In this document: positions 1 through 11,800 of the stretch, piece after piece
Layout: each line of letters begins with the position of its first letter
Position numbering within the stretch: position 1 is the stretch's first letter
Source: an uncultured Planctomycetia bacterium
GTDB lineage: Bacteria; Omnitrophota; Gorgyraeia; JABMRG01; JAFGKX01
Assembly: GCA_964570585.1 (NCBI GenBank)
Contig: CAZMYR010000001.1
Span: forward strand, 17,441-81,440
Reading direction: 5' to 3'
Length of the DNA: 64,000 bases
Made by a program: the position numbers and the translations under genes
Notes under the pieces: generated by a model
Databases searched by the model: none
Seen by the model: only the letters and a program-made list of their open reading frames with translations
Told to the model about the DNA's origin: nothing

Positions 1-3000
1 TAGTTTGTGGCTATGTTGAATTTAATCACTCCTGCTTTGGCTAATACAGCAAGTTCTTCCATATCGCCTTCGATGGTTTCCGGCTGGACAATAGCTACAT
101 TAAATCTCTCGGCTTCTTTTTGCAACTCTTCTGTAAGCCAGGGACTTATCTTGTCCACCTGTGGTATAGGAGCCAATGTCTTCATATCATAATCTATGCC
201 ATGGCCTGAGCCATTATTTGTGGCAATAAGGTCAAAAGATAGGTTCTTTAATTTAAGATACTCTCCCATTACCCTTATAACAGCAGGATGGGTCATCTTG
301 GGCTCAAGCTTACCGTCACGTCTTGGGTTTGGCACTTTCTTATCAACCTGGCCCACCTCTATCACTTTTCCAAAATGGCCAGTTAATTCAGGAGTATGTT
401 TATCCACTATCCTATCTATATATTCAAGCTGATGCGCTGTCTCTTCTGCGTTGCTGGTAGGAAGAAGTAGTAGCTTTTGTTTCTCGCTTATACTCTTTGA
501 GACTTCTGGGCTTAGGTCACCTGCTATAGTAGCCCTGGCAACTTCTCTCATTATTTTGTCATAAGCAGCAATAACTTCATCTTCCGAAATACTTTCCACA
601 GGGCTCTTTTCGGAGACACCTGGCCCACGAACATCTTTATACATACGAGCTTTCTTGCGTAAAACGCCAAAGGCTGCATTCATATTTCTAACAACGCTGT
701 CAATCTTCCCAGGCGCTCTATTACGTTTTTTCATATTCGAGATAACTGTTCCTCTTATATGGTCAAGTCTTGCCATATTGTCTTTATCATATGGATTTGC
801 CTTAAGAAAATCAGCGCCCCATTCAAGCGGCAGCATAGAGTTCCTCTCCAGGCTAACAACTAAATCCTCAGCAGGCGTGCCATTTTTCTCATAATAGTCT
901 AAGACGGCCTCACCAGCTACTCCATCATAAATAGTTGAAGCATCTATGCCTATTGAGGTAAACCCTGCTTCAATTAAGGATTCAATATCACTCTTTATTA
1001 TCGCGCGCTCTGCGCTGAGATTATCATTTAACCTCCTCTGGACGGCTTCCAAGATTTTCACATCAATAGTATCAATTCTTATCTTATCATTATATGTACC
1101 CTCACCATTTTCCTTCTCATATTCCTCTTTCAATATCGCCTTTGCGTCAAATAAATAATCTTCATACTGAAGACGGCCACCATGTAAAACCAACGGGTTT
1201 TTAAATCCAATTCGCTCTGCTACTTCTCTTACATAGGCAACCACTCTTTTTTCATGTAAAGCATAACTAAGCTGGGAACGACCTACTGCAAAAATAACAG
1301 CAGCATTTTGGGCCATCGCAGCCTTGAGATGACCCTCAATCTGATTATAGCTGACGATATCGGCTGCTATTAATGCCTTCCTTGCCTTTTTTACAGCCTC
1401 GAATGCATCATGCCCGGGGGTAAATAAGCCCTCTGAGGGCCCAATTATAGTAGCTGTGCCGGTTGAGCCGACAGTTTCTATATACTGGTCATCACGGTGC
1501 TGGATAAGTTCGGTGATGGCCTGCTGGACCTTCCCTCCAGCTTCTTGGATAAGCATCTGGCGTGCTTTATTAGCAGCCGCTTCATCCCCGCTAATTGTCT
1601 TACGATCCCACTTTCTTATCTCAGCAATCCTTTCTTCAGGTAGTTTGCCTGCCGAGGAGGATTTTGCTTCAGCTATTGGGAGACCAGTAAGCTCCAGTGG
1701 CAGTGGCTGTATGCCACTTGCATCCTTAGTAATCAAAAATCCGCTATGTCGGTCATTGAGGATGGCGTTGGGGTCAAAGGTTATGAATATCTCATTGGTA
1801 AGGAAAGGGACTTCGTCCCCTGCCACCAGGTGCGAAGCTTTTTCTACAGGAAGGCGATGGATAATCACAGAATCGCCATCTTCAATAAAGTCAGGTTTTG
1901 CTTGACCGGTCTGAATAAATTTGGCTTGAATGCCTGCTCCGTTAACATCAGTAACTTCAAATAGATAACGAGCCTTAAGCAGAAGCTTCTGTCCTATCTC
2001 TATATAAGGAAAGTCTTCTTCTTTGCGCAGGCGGGCTACATCCATAACCGCTAATTTGTCTTTTACTCGACGGGTTACATAACGAGCAGCGAGTAACTCA
2101 AGGCCTAACCTTCCCTTATCATCATAATCATAATTCAGGGCAGTATTATACTTTGCTGTCTTGGCCTTTAGGCTTCTTCCGTATATTTCGCGAATAGCCC
2201 TGGCAAGCTCGTCAGGAAGCCTATATCCAAGGAAGGTATCCACCATTTCTCCCAAGTCCTGCTCTTCAGGAATTAGCAAAGGATTATCAGAGCCAAGCAT
2301 CTTTTCAGTCCAGTGGACAATCCTGTCAAACCCCTCTTTTCTTTCGCCTTTAAAGCTGTAGAAGTAGCCAAGATTATCTCTATTTTTCACCCTTAAACCT
2401 TTTATTATTTTACCCTCAGCCAGGGCCTGTAAGGTCTCTTCAATTAATTGCTCGGCTAATCTATCCAGTTGTTTCTGAATTCTTTTAGGCAGTAACTGAT
2501 ATGCTAAACGAGGCAAGACTTCATAGACTATCCATAGGTCACGACTCAAGATTATAGCTGCTTCGCCTTTCTCCTTAGCTTCCTCGGTTAAAAGGTCGGT
2601 TGCATCAACCTGCTCAAAGAAGCCATACATCCAGGTTGCGATTGCATTACGAACCTCTATGCTATCTCCATCAACCCTGGTAATAATCTCATTCTGGGTA
2701 TTCGATTTTCTGCTTAAGAAAGAAACAAAATATTGTCCTTCATCGCATTTTACATAATATTTTGCACCATCTATCAAATCTAATGCGATTTCGCTTACAT
2801 TATGTAAGGTCATGCCGGTCAGCTTAATATCTACAGGCTGAGCAGGTTTATAGATGTAATAAAGCGAACCATATTTTCTTTTCCCTTCTTGATATTGGCG
2901 CCTGGTGCCGGCTTCTTCAAACCCTAATTTTCCAATATACTTCTTAAATCTCTCTAAGACCCTATTGACTACCTTTTGCTTTTCATAACGGCCAAAGTTA

Positions 3001-3344
3001 GCATGCGTTCCTATCCTAACCTCAGGGCTGGCAAAAGACTTGGGTAACTCATTGTATGCATCAAGGAATGCCCCGAATGTCCTATCTCCCATAACCATGG
3101 GGACCAGCATCTTATTGGTTATCTCCACTGCGCTCATTTCTGCTCCGCTTAAAGGTTCCATTCCGTGACCGCTAACCTCTGCCCCTCCACCAATGCGGGC
3201 ATTGTTACGGAGGTTTACCAGAAGATTGGACTTGCGGCCTCCAAAAATCAGAGTCTCCTCATTCTCTGCCATTATACTGCCTTCTGTCTGTTTCATTTCA
3301 TCCTTCACATAACCAAAACCTACCGGGCCCTCTAAAACATCCAT
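1..3344 (-). CDS. Partial large multidomain protein, >=1114 aa; the C-terminal part continues past the window start. Ends in a class-II (Zn) aldolase-like module.
   Basis: Hand translation of the minus strand, codons topping at positions congruent to 2 mod 3. Verified codon by codon for 3-1673 and 3120-3360, with spot checks at 2400-2460 and 2880-2940; no stop from the ATG at 3342-3344 to position 3. Starts MDVLEGPVGFGYVKDEMKQTEGS. A possible SD (AGGGGAA) lies 13 nt upstream. Class-II fructose/tagatose-bisphosphate aldolase family signatures: SLIEAGFTSIGIDAS (941-985), IATNNGSGHGIDY (~200-240), GVIKFNIATN (12-41). Linker motif AEAKSSSAGKLP at 1638-1673. Absent from the supplied ORF track because it runs off the edge. 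Confidence 0.55.
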   Translation of the reverse strand, partial: MDVLEGPVGFGYVKDEMKQTEGSIMAENEETLIFGGRKSNLLVNLRNNARIGGGAEVSGHGMEPLSGAEMSAVEITNKMLVPMVMGDRTFGAFLDAYNELPKSFASPEVRIGTHANFGRYEKQKVVNRVLERFKKYIGKLGFEEAGTRRQYQEGKRKYGSLYYIYKPAQPVDIKLTGMTLHNVSEIALDLIDGAKYYVKCDEGQYFVSFLSRKSNTQNEIITRVDGDSIEVRNAIATWMYGFFEQVDATDLLTEEAKEKGEAAIILSRDLWIVYEVLPRLAYQLLPKRIQKQLDRLAEQLIEETLQALAEGKIIKGLRVKNRDNLGYFYSFKGERKEGFDRIVHWTEKMLGSDNPLLIPEEQDLGEMVDTFLGYRLPDELARAIREIYGRSLKAKTAKYNTALNYDYDDKGRLGLELLAARYVTRRVKDKLAVMDVARLRKEEDFPYIEIGQKLLLKARYLFEVTDVNGAGIQAKFIQTGQAKPDFIEDGDSVIIHRLPVEKASHLVAGDEVPFLTNEIFITFDPNAILNDRHSGFLITKDASGIQPLPLELTGLPIAEAKSSSAGKLPEERIAEIRKWDRKTISGDEAAANKARQMLIQEAGGKVQQAITELIQHRDDQYIETVGSTGTATIIGPSEGLFTPGHDAFEAVKKARKALIAADIVSYNQIEGHLKAAMAQNAAVIFAVGRSQLSYALHEKRVVAYVREVAERIGFKNPLVLHGGRLQYEDYLFDAKAILKEEYEKENGEGTYNDKIRIDTIDVKILEAVQRRLNDNLSAERAIIKSDIESLIEAGFTSIGIDASTIYDGVAGEAVLDYYEKNGTPAEDLVVSLERNSMLPLEWGADFLKANPYDKDNMARLDHIRGTVISNMKKRNRAPGKIDSVVRNMNAAFGVLRKKARMYKDVRGPGVSEKSPVESISEDEVIAAYDKIMREVARATIAGDLSPEVSKSISEKQKLLLLPTSNAEETAHQLEYIDRIVDKHTPELTGHFGKVIEVGQVDKKVPNPRRDGKLEPKMTHPAVIRVMGEYLKLKNLSFDLIATNNGSGHGIDYDMKTLAPIPQVDKISPWLTEELQKEAERFNVAIVQPETIEGDMEELAVLAKAGVIKFNIATN

Positions 3345-3392
3345 ATGCAGACGGATTCCCTGCTTTAAATATTCTTGCTTCATCTTCTCCAC

Positions 3393-6300
3393 TAACAGCT
3401 TAAACCCAGCGTAGAATTTCACTTCAACATAAAATATTGTCCTCTGAGTATCTTTTTCGCCTAAACGCCTGGCTTTCTCTACATCCTGCCTGGCTATAGT
3501 CCTGGCGTACAAGGCCATCAGTTCATCGCCTTGAACCATCTTGGCTAATTGGGGCAGCCAGGTAATTAACCTGTCCTTGTCTTCATCGCCGATTATGGCT
3601 ATTTCTACATCTTTCTCTTCAAAGGTGGCCATCGCCTGTCGGACAAACCACGGTATATTAGGATAAGGTTCGCCATCCGGGAACATATAGTCAGGGTCAT
3701 CGTGGACTACCAAAACCTTTTGCCCTAAAGCTCTAAAGATAATCTGATCCATTCCCCCTGAACCATGCTGATAACCTAATCCAAGGGTGGGTAAGCTATA
3801 TTTCTCAAACGGTCGCTGCCAGCAGAGTAAAGGCCGTTCTGAAAACTTCTCATCAAACTCTTTCTGTTCAGCTCTAGAAAAGCCTAAACTCTTTCCTAAA
3901 TCTTTACGGATTGCCTCCCATTTATCATCCCAATCTAATTCCCGGGTAGCCATTATAAGCTCGCGTATTCCACCCTTCTGGTGGATAGCCCTTTTCCATA
4001 ACCATCCCCATATATCTCTTCCTAAACGAATATAGGCTATTGAATATAAATAGTGGGTATAGGCAACCTCTACTGCAGAGAGCACTTTTATTTCTCTCTC
4101 TTTCAGCTGTTCTTCTGGACAGGGCCTGGTTCTGCCAGCAATAATACCTTCTTTTAAACCCTGCATCTCCTCATCATTAATACTCAATACCTGGGCTAAG
4201 GTATGTTCCCTACCTTTTTTATCCAGTTTAATATCGAACCAGCTGAGCATCTGTTTCCAGCCGCTAAACTCCCAGGGGTTATGGCTGGCTGTGCCGTGGC
4301 CACCACCAAATAAAAGATGCTCTGCCTCTTTATAGGCTTCGAGTAAATCTCCTCTTCCTTCTCCTACACATATCCCATCATTCCAGAGCAGGTTGACAAT
4401 AAGATAATACATTGGGGTTGAGATAATACCTTTCTTTTCAAAATCTTCCGCCAATACATTAAATCTTTCCACATCTTCAGGGCGCAGACGTCCGGCATCA
4501 AGGTCTTCCTTTATCCATTTCATAGCACGGTCAAGGCCTTTCTTATTAGATTTTACTAAAAATACGTTTACTCCTGAATAAAGCAGGCCTAAGGCATAGA
4601 CATCTCTATGTTCCTGTATAGGTAGGCGGCATCCACCACTGACTAAACCCCAAACCTTTTCTCGAAGCTGCTGATGCAGTTTGGGATTTTTTTCTATTTG
4701 GCGTTTTAATTCTTCGTCTTTTAAACCCATGCCTTCTAACATAGTGGTACCTAATTCTATGGCTGAGGAGAAGATAAGCTTCTTAGACATCAAGGCCGGA
4801 TATCGCTCTGTAATCCCAGGAAGTTTTAAGTCTGTGGTTCTAAAAGCGGAGCGTAAATCATAGGTTCTATAGGAGAACCACTGGCCATGTTCCATAATAT
4901 CGAATCTTCTAATAATATCGCCCTCGCGAACCTCTATATGTTCCTGGATAGTAACTCCTTTTGCCTTAATCTCTCGGGTATCATCAAAAAGAATATTATC
5001 TACACATTGGAGTTTTCCCTCAGTCCTTTTTTCCTTATAGGTTATCTCATGGGGGTTATCAATGATTTCTACTCCTGCAAATGGCCTCATATGACCATTT
5101 TTCTCAGGAACTTCATTTAGGATATCACTTATCTCATTAAGGAGTTTAGCTGAATCTTTAACCGTTAAACCAAAGACTTGAGAAAAGCTTTCTACTCCTT
5201 CTTTCCTGCTTTTAGAAGACACTCTGTTAGCTGCTGTATATTGAGCATCTCTGGTCATTATCTGGTGATAGGCAACTATCTTGGTAAGCGTCTTGTATTG
5301 TTCTAAGTCAAACTCAGATTTATGTCTGCGGAGGGTTTCAGGATTATGAAGGGCTTGGGTAAGTATCGATAATTGATCGGTCTTCAAGTTTAATCCAGGG
5401 TGAAGCATAGCATAAAGCGAGGTCAACATCGTAAGTAATTCTTCTGGAGCTGCTTCTCCTTTTTCGAGTTCTGCTCTTCCTATCTCATAGCCGCCATTCT
5501 TCAGAACAGCATTATATGCAAAAATTGTCCGCCAGATATCGCCGGCTTCTAAATAAGCCTTAGCCACCGCCCGGTATAGATGGCGCCATTCCTCTGCCTC
5601 TACTTTTTGGGGTAGTTTACGTAATTCAGCGGCGTCGGCCTCTATATCTCCCCCGGTAACCTCTGCTAAAATCCCAAGTATCCGGCTATCATCCTTTGTC
5701 TCTTTGAATATATCCACTGCTAATGGTAGAAGCCGCAATATAAAGTGCAATCTTTCCAAGCGCTTAATCCTTCTGGATAAATCTTTTTCAGTCTCGGCAA
5801 CATCTACTCCGTGAGTTACATAACTGCCTGCTGAAGCAGATTTGGTGGCAATAGCACCAATAAGGCTTTTAACTTCTTCAACGGGCTTGAAGAACTTAAG
5901 AACCTCTGCTTCGCCTTTAGCGCTAAGTACATATCTGCCAACAGTTGATGGAACATAAAGCGATTGGCCCCTCTTAAGAGGGATATCTTTCCCGCCTGAG
6001 CTAATTACAACCTCGCCTTTTATAACAAGAATATCGTGAGAAGTACCTTCTACTGGCGCTACACTTAATTCAGCCTCAGCGCCTTTTCCTTTTCCATTAA
6101 GCGTAAATCTGTGCACATTAAAATATTCCTGGGGCCAGACATTGGGGTATGTGCCTTGGATAAGGACTTCTTCTTTTGCTATCAAATCCTTGCCATACCT
6201 ATCTCGCCATTTTCCACGCTCAATTTGAGGCTCTAAAACAAAATTCTTCTCCTCTGTTGTTGTATCCTTTAAACCTTTCCTGACGAACATCTCTATTGTC

Positions 6301-8702
6301 TCAAACTCTGCCTGTAAGAAATCCTCTTCTGATGTAGTCGGACGTCTGGCTAAATTCTTGCGCATTATTAAACCTTTATCTTTTTTGAAAACAATAGGGG
6401 TAAAAAAGTCTGCAAAACTGAAGGTAATATTAGAGGTTTGCTGGGGTTCAACAAGTATAAGATGTTCATTGCCGCCTGTATCGTTTACAGGTATTACTAT
6501 CCAGGCCTCATTTTTGGCCTGCGGTCCTTTCAGGGGATGGGTCTGGTGGGAAAGGCCAAATATACTATGGGGATAACCGACGGGTGAGAGGATAACCTTC
6601 CCGGGCTCAAGTTCAATCTCATTAAATAATTCTACAATCCTGGCTCTGACACCTTGGATTTTGCTCATAAGCTGGCTGATTCTACGCCGATTTTCACTCT
6701 TTACAAATTCTTTTATATCCGGGATAAAATCGCCCCACCATCTACTCCCTGCTTGATAGTCGCACCAGTTTGTATAAACTTCTTTAAATCTTCTAAAAGT
6801 CTCTTCGTCAGTTATATCCAGGAGGTTCTTTAGCTCATGCTCCAGCTCTCTCTCTTCCTTCAGCCACTCAATAAAAACTTCTATTCCGACCTCATTGAGC
6901 TTTTCGTTGAACCCCATATGTACTCTATCTACAAAGTTTGTGCATTCAAACTTCTCAAAATAACCCTTATCTAAAGACTCACCAAGCATTTCGGGATTAT
7001 ATCCGAGAAGTTCTTTTAATGTTATAGGAGCCACATCTCCTAACGCTGTATCAGGAATAGTTGATAAGCCATCGTTATGAGTTGAATTAAACCAGAGCTC
7101 TGCTATGGGGTTATTTTTATCTATCGGCCTGCCTAAAACTATCTGGTTGGCTATTCCGCCCCAGGCATAATTTTTTTCCGCAGGAGTAGTTATTAGGGGA
7201 CTGTATTTTGCCTGTTCTATCAAATCCTTAATCTGTTTTATTCTGGTTTTTGCCTGGTTATTAGTTATAAGTTCGGGTAGCGAATCATCTGAAACATGAA
7301 AGTGAATCTCCCCGATGTTTTCTACTACTGTTCTGATAAGGTCAGCTATCTTCTTCTCATTTAACTCTTGATAAAATGTAAGCAGGTCTTTCTTGCCTGT
7401 AAACTGCTCCAGCATCTCTGTAGGGTTACTAATCCAGATAGGTTTAGGTGCGTCTTCTATGGTCCTGAGCATATAGTGTTTACCACCGGTGGATATAGTA
7501 GTATACGGTGGAAATTCTGCGTTCTTAACAATAGTTGCAACTGCCCCTGCCAACATCGGATCATAAGCAGGGTTAATCTTTTTCATATCTTTTGGGTCAA
7601 GCTTAATCGATATATCATTAAATCTCAATCCCCCTAAATTTACCATAAAGTCGGCATATCCCGGAAGGGCAAATGTCCAGGAACCTGCACTGACCCTCTG
7701 GGCCAAGACCTCTATTATGTTACCCGCTTCATCATATAAGATATTAAACTGGATACCTTCCCCTTCTGTTACATATTTTATGTCCAGAGAAATACCTTGG
7801 TAGTGTCCTACTCCGGTGCTGGTTGCCTGGATTGAGCCTGGCATCATATCGTGCAGAAAGGAGGTTTCATGAATGGTGGATAATTTCTTTTCCCTGGTAA
7901 GTTTCTTAAGGACATCGGGCACCCCTATAAGGCAATGGGCCATAAGATAGATAAGCTGCTTATTTCTCGCTGTTTGGAATTTCTTTGAATCATAGCGGGT
8001 AAGGGTAGCAAAGGCTGGGTTTGAAACGCTGCCTACGCCAAGCTTATCAATGCCTTCTGTGCCTCTATGATAAAATCCGAGTCCGCCTTCTTCATCCACT
8101 ACCAAAAACGGCAAGGCACTGACATCCAGATAGCTTAATCCTTTAGGGCTGGTAGCCATTCTGTCCATATCTGCAGTAACTCCAAAGGCTTCTCCTTCTG
8201 GCACATCTCGCTTAATCCATGATATTATATTCAGGGCCTGTCCGGCCATAAGCTGGAGAGCCTTTGATATCTTTGAATTCTGCAAGGAAAGACTCAGCTT
8301 TATTACTGTTGTATAAAATTCTTTTACATAGGGCTCGATGGTTCTATTATCAATAAACTTTTCTTTTAACTCATTGCTTATGGCTTCAAGGGCCGAAGGC
8401 AACTGGACAGATTTATATGCATTAAATAAAACCTTCGCTGCCTCTTTTGCTTTATACCCACCAATAACCAGCTCTACCATGCTTTCTACTTCAAGCTTAC
8501 CTGCGGTGGAAAGATAAGACTTGCCTGTTGGTACCTCTGATAAACTACTTCTAATTTTTGCACCCACGGAAGAGGGTGTATTTCGTAGAGAAGTTGCTCT
8601 TAGGGCATCAGTATCAGCAAATGCAGTTGGCTGAATTGTGCTTACAGCGAATATTATCGCTACGATTAAACTTACCGCCTTCTTTAACACCCCTTTACCC
8701 AT
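3393..8702 (-). CDS. Secreted large multidomain protein (1769 aa) with an N-terminal signal peptide and two mannose-6-phosphate-isomerase-like cupin segments.
   Basis: Start ATG at 8700-8702, preceded by GAGGAG with a 7-nt spacer. An alternative in-frame ATG lies at 8727-8729. The frame was verified open codon by codon from 8702 down to the TAG at 3393-3395. N-terminus MGKGVLKKAVSLIVAIIFAVSTIQPTAFA-DTD has positive n-region, hydrophobic core and AXA cleavage site, typical of a signal peptide. A PMI class-I-like motif GLSHQTHPLKGPQAKNEAWIVIP lies near 6480-6560. A cupin barrel ending GQSLYVPST lies at 5941-6122. This ORF is NOT in the supplied ORF track. Confidence 0.6.
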
Positions 8703-8893
8703 TTTCAAATCTCCTCTTTTTTTTGTCATAGTCTTTCATAAATCTTTGCTTTGTTATGCTTAAGTTATAAAAGTCTTTAATTACCCGAATACAGCGCAAC
8801 CCTTTTGCCTCGGTTTGTCCCCCTCGAAAATTTTTTATGGAGACAGTAAAATCGAGGCCAAAGGGTTGTTTAAACGCTATAACTCTATAACCC

Positions 8894-11800
8894 TTATGCT
8901 GCTATCAGGGCAGCCCAGGCCTGGCGCTGGAGTCTCTCTATCTCTTCCTGGCTTAGTTTCTCAACACCTGGTAGAGTGGTTATTATAAGCTCAAAGACAC
9001 TCCAGGTACCTTCTCTTAGGGCTTGCTCAACTATAGCTTCTATAGTATTCTGGGTGTATTGCTGATACATCTTCTTTATAGCAGGGAACAGCTGGTTGAA
9101 GTTATCTTCATTGAGAGACAAAAGACCCCTGGCTACGGCAATAAGCTCTGCCATTGGAAGAAGTATATCATCTTTCTTAACCCCTATCTTAAAGAGTTTG
9201 ACATCAGCAAGCTGTTGTTTGTCTGAGATAAGGATGGTTTTCTTTCTGTTTAGGGTCTGTCTGTTTACATCAGCTAATAATACTATCTGGGTCTTTTTAG
9301 TTACTTGGCCTTTATCCTTAAAGGATAGGGCATATTCTAAGGCGTCACGGAGTCGGTGGTCTTTAAGCATAGAGATAACCGCCATCCTCTGTTTTATATC
9401 AGGAATGGCGTTGGCATCTACGATGATGGTGCCTTCTGATTCTATCCTGGCAATAGGGGCACAAACTCTGGCAAATTCTATTACACTGCGCTGGGTTGCT
9501 ATCTTAAGCTGGATAAGCTCTTCTTCAGCTGAGGTAAGAGTAGTTTCTACTTTTAACCTTGTTGCCTTTGCACTTAATTGAGTCAATTTCTGTAAAGACT
9601 CTGTAAGCAAGCTATCATTGAGTAGTTCTACCTCTCCAGGAACCTGGGTGGTCTCTTTAACCAGGGCGTCAAGAAGTATATTCTCGGCATTAAGTAATCC
9701 TCTATTAAGCTCTGCCAGAGCCCGGTTGCCGGCTGAGGAGGATTTATTAGGCTTGTCTGATGATTTCTCTCTGCCAACCATCATATCGTCCATAGCAAAG
9801 GCTTGCACTTTTTTAGCATAAGCCTTCTCTGCTTTTGTGTATTTGGCACCTGCTCTTCTAACTAAGATTTTCTCTGCATCAGGGAGTCGCTTCAATAATT
9901 CTTTTCTGGGCGCAGGACCGGCTACGAGATTCTGTTTCTGTAATTCAACTATCTGTTTTCCGGTAAGAATAGCTATGCCAGCCTCTGCAGATTTATCTCC
10001 GATTTTTTGCACCAGTGCAGCTACCGGCATAAACCCCTCTAACATATTTTGAAGATCCCTTACCTGATATAAAAGAATATAGGCACCCTCAGTTTCTTTT
10101 AGCGAAAGAAGGGTTATATTAAAATCGTCGCATTGTAAAAGTAGCAGCCCTTTCTGTCCAAGTTTAGCATCTTTTATAAACTGCTGGTCATATCCAAGTT
10201 TTGAAACCTGTTTTTTAAATCCAATTAACACATTGTATAAAAGCAGCAGCCGGGATGCCCTTACATCGTTCATAGGAATATCTAGAGCCAGCCTTACAAG
10301 AATCTCTGGTTCAATAACCTTAACTTCCTCACCGGCCAGTATTACACCCGATGAGGAGGATTTGGATGTGGAAATAGGTTTTGGCAGCAGTTTTGAAATA
10401 GCTGCTGTGTCAAGCTCAGAAACCAGCGTAAGGGGAAGGTCCTCGCTGGGTGGCAGGTATTTGGCGGCATAATCGCTCTTCCAATCCTCTGTGAGCTGAG
10501 CTATCACCTCTTGCTTAACTATAGCATAGATACTGCCTTTTTTATCAATGCGTACATCAACAAGAGGGTTATCGCCTTTATATTCCCACCATTTGTGTCC
10601 TATCTTGAATCCTGGCTTGTCAGTCTCCATATAGAGAGAACCCGGCCCAAAGATAACCGCACTTGTGTCTATGCCGGACTTTAAGAATATGAGTTTGCCT
10701 TGCTTAATTTTGACAGATGACCAGCGAGTATTGGCTCCCATATTTCTGAAGGTATAATCACCGGCGGAAGGTATCTCTGGTATATAGTTGATTGCATGCA
10801 ATGTCTTAAGAAGACTTGAGAAAATTTCTGTAACCGACTTCTGTTCCTTAGCTCCGGCTGAGGAGGACTTGGTAGATTCCTGTATCTGTGCCATTAGTCT
10901 AATATTGCGCTCTAATACATTTTGAGCAGCAATATTATGAGCTAAAGCCGGTTTATCCTTAATTCTTTCCATCTGTTCTTTTGTAAGATGTGCTATATAA
11001 GCCTCAAGGCTACGCCTGCCCTTTATTCTCATCAATATTTGTATATCTGCAAAACCAGACAGTTCTGCCTTCAAAAAGCTAATGTATGCGTTATCAATTC
11101 CGGGCATACGAAAACATCCAGTAATCTCAAAAGGTGTGTGTTCAAACATACTTTGAATCATTCGCTCATTCAAAGATATGTCTCCTACGCTTCTGGCTTC
11201 ACGGCTTAATTTTTCAAAATTGTCAAATGGGAAATTTTCTTTTATATGAGCAAAAACAAGTCCATTATTCGCCAGATTCTCGCGTGTAATATCTTCGACT
11301 TTAATACCAACATCACCTATCCGGACTATCTTGCCGGCTGACGAGGATTTGCCTGCAACAGGTATTATTGCTACCTCAGGAACTAACTCAAAGACAGCCC
11401 AGAGGTCATATCTGTTGGGTTTTCCTAATTCAATAAAGCTGCCACCACCTTCCCAGCGATGTTGACCATATGCTACTACACCACCTGCCGTGGTAACAGG
11501 TTTACCTGTTTCAGGGTCAAATCCCCAGAATGGACCATGGGCATGGCCTCTTGGCAGGGGAAGATATGCTGGCTTTCCACTCTCATTATAATAGACCATA
11601 CCGCCCTTACCGGTTCCATTGCGCATACAGAAGTGAATCTCACCAAATGTGGTGTCTTTGGTTAGTTCGCTATGGTCGTGGTCTGCACAGTTTACACCCT
11701 GGCCTGCGGTCCAGAACTGGATATAACAGACCTTTTTCTCTTCACCGTTTATTATCTCTATACCCTTGAGGTTATAGAAAGCTAAATTATCAAAATGCTC

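Noticed and set aside
1-1100. A stand-alone class-II fructose-bisphosphate aldolase gene (fbaA) at the left edge
   Set aside because: The aldolase-like motifs are real. However, the reading frame is continuous upstream for more than 1000 codons with no stop and no convincing internal start/RBS, so I call it a fused module of the partial giant protein. An internal start giving an independent fbaA cannot be fully excluded without transcript data.
8703-8893. tRNA or small RNA genes in the inter-giant spacers (8703-8893, 18773-19161, 24865-25174)
   Set aside because: No cloverleaf-compatible stem sets or conserved T-loop (GTTCRANYC) motifs were seen. The spacers are explained by promoters, terminators and hairpins.
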